Origin: Candidatus Hadarchaeales archaeon
GTDB taxonomy: Archaea > Hadarchaeota > Hadarchaeia > Hadarchaeales > JAWBSP01
Direction of reading: 5' to 3'
Assembly: GCA_038842485.1 (NCBI GenBank)
Contig: JAWBSP010000020.1
Coordinates: 1-19,300, forward strand
Length of the DNA: 19,300 nt
The translations under genes and the position numbers were made by a program. Below the pieces are notes generated by a model. The model worked only from the letters and a program-made list of their open reading frames with translations. It was not told where the DNA came from and ran no database searches. Positions within the stretch are counted from its first letter, which is position 1, and the number at the start of each line of letters is the position of its first letter. Positions 15,648 to 19,300 of this stretch are shown here, piece after piece.

Positions 15648-16667
15648 TTGAGGAGGAGGGCTAGTTTCTGGAGGAAGTCCGACAGCGAAATCGTCTGTGT
15701 GCTCTGCCCCCGCAACTGTCGGATCGCTCCCGGTAAAACGGGATTCTGCGGTGCGAGGAGGAACGAGGACGGGATTCTTTACACTCTCTCGTACGGGGCG
15801 GTCGTTTCCTGGGCCCCCGATCCCATAGAGAAGAAGCCGCTGTACCATTTCTGGCCGGGAAGCTCGGTCTTCTCGATTGCGGCTCCCGGGTGCACCTTCA
15901 GCTGCCTGCACTGTCAGAACTGGTCGATTTCCCAAACCAGAATTGGAAGGGTGGAGACCGAGGAGATTTCGCCGGATGAGCTAATCCATCTCACCAAGCA
16001 GTACGGTTGCCAAGGGATCGCCCACACCTACACCGAGCCAACCATCTGGACGGAGTACGCCATCGACGTGGGGAAGCTAGCCCGAGCCGAGGGGCTCTAC
16101 AACGTATATGTGACCAACGGGTACATCACAGCCGAAGCGCTTGAGGAGCTTGGACCTTACCTGGACGCCGCCAACGTGGACGTGAAGGCCTTCCGGGACG
16201 ATTTCTACAGAAAAATCTGCGGGGTTTCCAGCCTGAAGCCGGTGCTGGAGGCGTGTGAGTGGATGCACCAGCACAAGATTCACCTCGAGCTCACATACCT
16301 CATCATCCCGGGTGAGAACGACCGGGAGGAGGAGATAAGGGACTTCTGCAGGTGGGTGAGGGAGGAGCTTGACCCGGAAGTTCCGGTCCACTTCAGTCGC
16401 TTCTATCCGCATTATCGCATGCTCGAAAAGCCCCCGACCCCCGTTGAAACGCTGGAGAGGGCCCATAAAGTCGCAAAGGGGGAGGGTCTCCAGTACGTCT
16501 ATCTGGGTAACGTTCCGGGGCACCAGTACGACAATACCTACTGTCCGGGATGCGGGTCGCTGTTGATTAGCAGGTACGGGTTTAGCGTTTTGGAGTTCAA
16601 CCTCGAGGATGGGAAGTGCCCCGGCTGCGGGAGAAGGATACGGGTGGTGGGTAAGTTCTCGGGTTAA
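15648..16667 (+). CDS. amrS: AmmeMemoRadiSam system radical SAM enzyme (PFL-activase-like)
   Basis: CVLCPRNC...GFCGAR, DPIEKKPLYHF, GCTFSCLHCQNWSISQ (CxxxCxxC), TYTEPT, VTNGY, HFSRFYP, YVYLGNV, C-terminal CPGCG pairs. Confidence 0.9.
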   Translation: MRRRASFWRKSDSEIVCVLCPRNCRIAPGKTGFCGARRNEDGILYTLSYGAVVSWAPDPIEKKPLYHFWPGSSVFSIAAPGCTFSCLHCQNWSISQTRIGRVETEEISPDELIHLTKQYGCQGIAHTYTEPTIWTEYAIDVGKLARAEGLYNVYVTNGYITAEALEELGPYLDAANVDVKAFRDDFYRKICGVSSLKPVLEACEWMHQHKIHLELTYLIIPGENDREEEIRDFCRWVREELDPEVPVHFSRFYPHYRMLEKPPTPVETLERAHKVAKGEGLQYVYLGNVPGHQYDNTYCPGCGSLLISRYGFSVLEFNLEDGKCPGCGRRIRVVGKFSG

Positions 16668-16678
16668 TGTCGGTATAA

Positions 16679-16702
16679 CCCAGGATTGCAGACCGTCCTG
16701 GG
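16679..16702 (+). terminator. Possible terminator hairpin after the radical SAM gene
   Basis: CCCAGGA-N10-TCCTGGG perfect 7-bp stem 11 bp after the stop. No T-tract follows. Confidence 0.3.
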
Positions 16703-16810
16703 AAGGGAGCTGCGCAGAGCTTGACAGTTGCTAGTCTTGTCATCGCTTCCTCAGAGATCAGCTTTGCAGTCCTTCGGCTCTTCCTTAAAGTACATAACTA
16801 TCCCCCCGTT

Positions 16811-16876
16811 AGTGCACGCCTAAAGGACTACGATGTGGAAATTGTGGAGGCGCACCATGCGACCAAGAGGGACTAA
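16811..16876 (+). pseudogene. dapB: Fragment of dihydrodipicolinate reductase (active-site motif only)
   Basis: Translates SARLKDYDVEIVEAHHATKRD*, matching the DapB signature D-x-E-I-x-E-x-H-H-x-x-K-x-D. Stops just before the expected APSGTA. Confidence 0.7.
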
Positions 16877-17007
16877 ATCGATGGTTGCAACCCGAAAACC
16901 TCGCTATTTGACGGAATGTTACCGCATTTGTCAAGACAATTGTAGACAAATCAGCTTTTCGGTCGAACTCTTGACGCGGATCTGCTAAAACTCGAACGTG
17001 TAGGAGT

Positions 17008-18639
17008 ATGATGCACTGGGTTGATCAAGCGGCTGAGGAGCTTTTGAAAAAGGGAAAGGAACACGTGATCGCGAGCGGCACCTCCATTTCGGGTCACATC
17101 CACATCGGGCACTGTAACGATGTTTTCATCGCCGACGCCGTGCGCAGGGCCGTGGAGGGGAAGGGTGGAAAGGCGGTCACCATTTGGTATGCCGACGATT
17201 TCGACCCGCTCAGGAGGGTCCCCGCCTATCTTCCCCCCGGGTACGAGAAATTCCTCGGGATGCCCTACGCGAACCTCCCCTCCCCCGAGCCCGGGTTCGA
17301 GAACTTCGTTGACTACTTCGCGCGACCATTCCTCCAGAGTTTGGATGCCTTCGGGATCAAAGTGCAGGTTTATTACGGTTCGAAGGTCTACAAGAGCGGT
17401 CAGCTCTCCCCCCTCATAAGGCTTGCGCTGGAGAGGGCGGACACGATAAGGTGCATCCTCAACAGGTTCAGGGAAAAGCCCCTCCCGGAAAACTGGCTTC
17501 CCTACGATCCTGTTTGCTCGAAATGCGGGAGGATTGCGACCACCGAAGCGTACGACTGGCAGGGGAATTGGGTTTTCTACAGGTGCTTGGGCTGCGAGTA
17601 TACGAAGGGCTGCGGGAACGAGGATCAGGCAGACTACACGAAGGGTGAGGGAAAGCTGACGTGGAGGGTGGAGTGGCCGGCCAGGTGGAAGATGCTCGGC
17701 GTCACCTGTGAGCCCTTTGGCAAGGATCACGCGGAGGCTGGGGGAAGCTACGAGACGGGAAAGCTGATTATCAGGGAGGTCTTCGGGGGAGAGCCGCCCT
17801 ATCCCATCCCCTACGAGTGGGTAAGCCTGAGCGGGGAGAGGATGTCCTCCTCCAAGGGTGTGGTCTTCACCCTTCCCGACTGGCTCAGGGTGGCGGAGCC
17901 CGAGCTCCTCAGGTTCTTTATCTTCAGGAGCAAACCCATGAAGGCCAAGAACTTCGATCCCGGTCCGTACCTTCTGAACCTTTATGATGAATTCGATGAG
18001 CTTGAGCGGAGCTATTTCGAGGGCAGGGCGGGGGAGCGAGCCAGGATATACGAGCTCTCGCTGACGGGTCCGCCGGGCACTACCCCACCCCAGAGGCTGC
18101 CAATCCGCTTTTCCGTTGTTCTGTGCCAGGTGGCGAAGGATCGCAAGCACGCGGAGGAAATCATCCTCTCTAGGGGGCTGATGAGGAATCCCACCCCACA
18201 GGACATGGAGGCTGCTTTCAGGCGCCTCAAGCTCGCAGAGGAATGGGTTAGGAAGTACGCACCGGAAGAGCTGAGGGTGTCCCTTCAGCAGTCTCCCCCT
18301 CCGCCCGGCGCCTTCAGTGAGAAGGAGCTTCGGGCACTCAAGAAGCTGGTGGAGAGGATGGAGCGGGTGGAGTGGTCACCAGTGCAGCTTCACAATTTGG
18401 TTTACGAGGTGGCTAGGGAGGAGTTGCTGGAACCCTCTGTTCTTTTCGAGGCACTTTATCTTCTCTTTCTGTGGAGGAGGTCGGGACCCAGGGTGGGGAA
18501 CCTGCTGGCCGCGCTCGACAGGAGCTTTGTGCTCGAGAGGATAAGAGCAGTTACGAAGGTTTCGTTTGAAACACGTGTAGCAAACTTTAAAATACTCTGT
18601 GAGGTTAATTTTGATGAGGATGCATCTCTTCGTCTTTGA
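17008..18639 (+). CDS. lysS: Lysine--tRNA ligase, class I
   Basis: HWVDQAA, SGTSISGHIHIGH (HIGH), DDFDPLR, GKLTWRVEWPARW, EPFGKDH, RMSSSKG (KMSKS-like), SGPRVG. GGAG SD before the ATG. Confidence 0.96.
   Translation: MMHWVDQAAEELLKKGKEHVIASGTSISGHIHIGHCNDVFIADAVRRAVEGKGGKAVTIWYADDFDPLRRVPAYLPPGYEKFLGMPYANLPSPEPGFENFVDYFARPFLQSLDAFGIKVQVYYGSKVYKSGQLSPLIRLALERADTIRCILNRFREKPLPENWLPYDPVCSKCGRIATTEAYDWQGNWVFYRCLGCEYTKGCGNEDQADYTKGEGKLTWRVEWPARWKMLGVTCEPFGKDHAEAGGSYETGKLIIREVFGGEPPYPIPYEWVSLSGERMSSSKGVVFTLPDWLRVAEPELLRFFIFRSKPMKAKNFDPGPYLLNLYDEFDELERSYFEGRAGERARIYELSLTGPPGTTPPQRLPIRFSVVLCQVAKDRKHAEEIILSRGLMRNPTPQDMEAAFRRLKLAEEWVRKYAPEELRVSLQQSPPPPGAFSEKELRALKKLVERMERVEWSPVQLHNLVYEVAREELLEPSVLFEALYLLFLWRRSGPRVGNLLAALDRSFVLERIRAVTKVSFETRVANFKILCEVNFDEDASLRL
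18580..18594 (+). promoter_or_regulatory. Archaeal BRE/TATA-like promoter for the downstream small gene, embedded in the lysS 3' end
   Basis: GCAAAC-TTTAAAATA starting about 28 bp upstream of ATG 18614, in an AT-rich patch. Confidence 0.55.
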
Positions 18640-18874
18640 CCTGCAGAAAGGGAAGAGGCGCACCGAGTTCTACCAGAGGCTTTTTGGCAGGACGGTGATC
18701 TCGAAGGGGAAGCGCTACCGGTACGAAGGGCTGCTTAACAACGTGAAGGGGTGGAGGTGGGCCACGAGATCCGCCCTCCTTGTTCCCGCTAGGGAGGCGA
18801 GGTGGGTGAGGGAGCTCTTCGAGGAGTTCGGGAACGTGGAGTTCGAGGAGTTCGTGGTCCTCGAGGCTAGGTAA
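18614..18874 (+). CDS. Small hypothetical protein, Cas2/VapD/PaaX-like ferredoxin-fold candidate
   Basis: M(RM)HLFVFDLQKGKRRTEFYQRLFG...YEGLL...GWRWATRSALLVP. Genome-typical codon use; TAATG coupling to the next gene. Start 18614 or 18620. Confidence 0.7.
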   Translation: MRMHLFVFDLQKGKRRTEFYQRLFGRTVISKGKRYRYEGLLNNVKGWRWATRSALLVPAREARWVRELFEEFGNVEFEEFVVLEAR

Positions 18875-19300
18875 TGGGAGCCCCAAACGAAACAGTCCCG
18901 AAGAGAAGGTTCTCTTCCAGAACCCTCCTAGTTCTCGCCCTTGTGGCGATTCTCCTGCTTTATCCCCGTCTCCTGGGACTGCCCCTCCTTCTGCTCCCCG
19001 GCTACCTGCTGAGCCTCGCCGTCTGGCCAAGGAAGGGATTCTGGGAGAGGGCGGGACTGAGCTTCGGCCTCGGCCTTCTGGTCTCCATCTGGATCGGCTT
19101 TCTGCTCGCGAGGTTCCTCACCCTGACATTTGCCAGCTACACCGCTTCGACCCTCGCCGTCTCTCTGGCTCTTCTCCCCTTCGTCCGGAAAAGGGAGGAG
19201 CCGAAACTGTACCTCTCCGCGCTCAGGAGGGGGGAACTCCCGCCGAGGCCCCCGCGCCTTTCTCTGCTCTTCGCGCTCGTTCTGGGCCTGAGCGTGCTCC
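18874..19300 (+). CDS. DUF1616-like membrane protein (3'-truncated by the window edge)
   Basis: Translated by hand from ATG 18874: ...LLGLPLLLLPGYLLSLAVWPRKGFWERAGLSFGLGLLVSIWIGFLL..., open to the window end. LPGY...ER..LSFGL pattern recalls DUF1616. Confidence 0.7.
   Translation, partial: MGAPNETVPKRRFSSRTLLVLALVAILLLYPRLLGLPLLLLPGYLLSLAVWPRKGFWERAGLSFGLGLLVSIWIGFLLARFLTLTFASYTASTLAVSLALLPFVRKREEPKLYLSALRRGELPPRPPRLSLLFALVLGLSVL

Noticed and set aside
16668-17007. Possible tRNA or CRISPR array in the largest spacer
   Set aside because: No cloverleaf or T-loop consensus in a proper stem context and no repeat-spacer periodicity.
16951-18150. 399-aa minus-strand ORF opposite lysS (likewise 7324-8241, 5788-6576, 1860-2612, 3082-3789)
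   Set aside because: All lie fully over well-supported genes on the other strand and show shadow-ORF composition.

Overview
GC-rich archaeal chromosomal segment (class I LysRS, prefoldin alpha next to ftsY, archaeal-type HisA, TATA-like boxes), mostly housekeeping. In order: a partial histidine cluster (hisG 3' end, COG1751-like gene, hisA-hisB-hisD-hisI) ending in an ApgM-type phosphoglycerate mutase; a minus-strand cluster of DRE-TIM acyl-CoA synthase, LeuC-like and LeuD-like hydratase subunits and an isocitrate dehydrogenase, whose motifs point to a Re-citrate synthase/aconitase/IDH route to 2-oxoglutarate rather than leucine synthesis; a ~1.8 kb segment splitting the two hydratase subunits, carrying a frameshifted MBL-fold hydrolase and a stand-alone SRA-like domain with no HNH nuclease; pfdA-ftsY; a CPBP protease; pyk, a 49-aa 7-Cys microprotein missing from the ORF track and an AmmeMemoRadiSam radical SAM gene; a 340-bp spacer holding a dapB active-site relic and palindromes; lysS; a small Cas2/VapD-like orphan with its own promoter inside the lysS tail; and the start of a DUF1616-like membrane protein. 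No tRNA, rRNA, CRISPR array or transposase was recognised. All family calls are from motif recognition by eye, not database searches.
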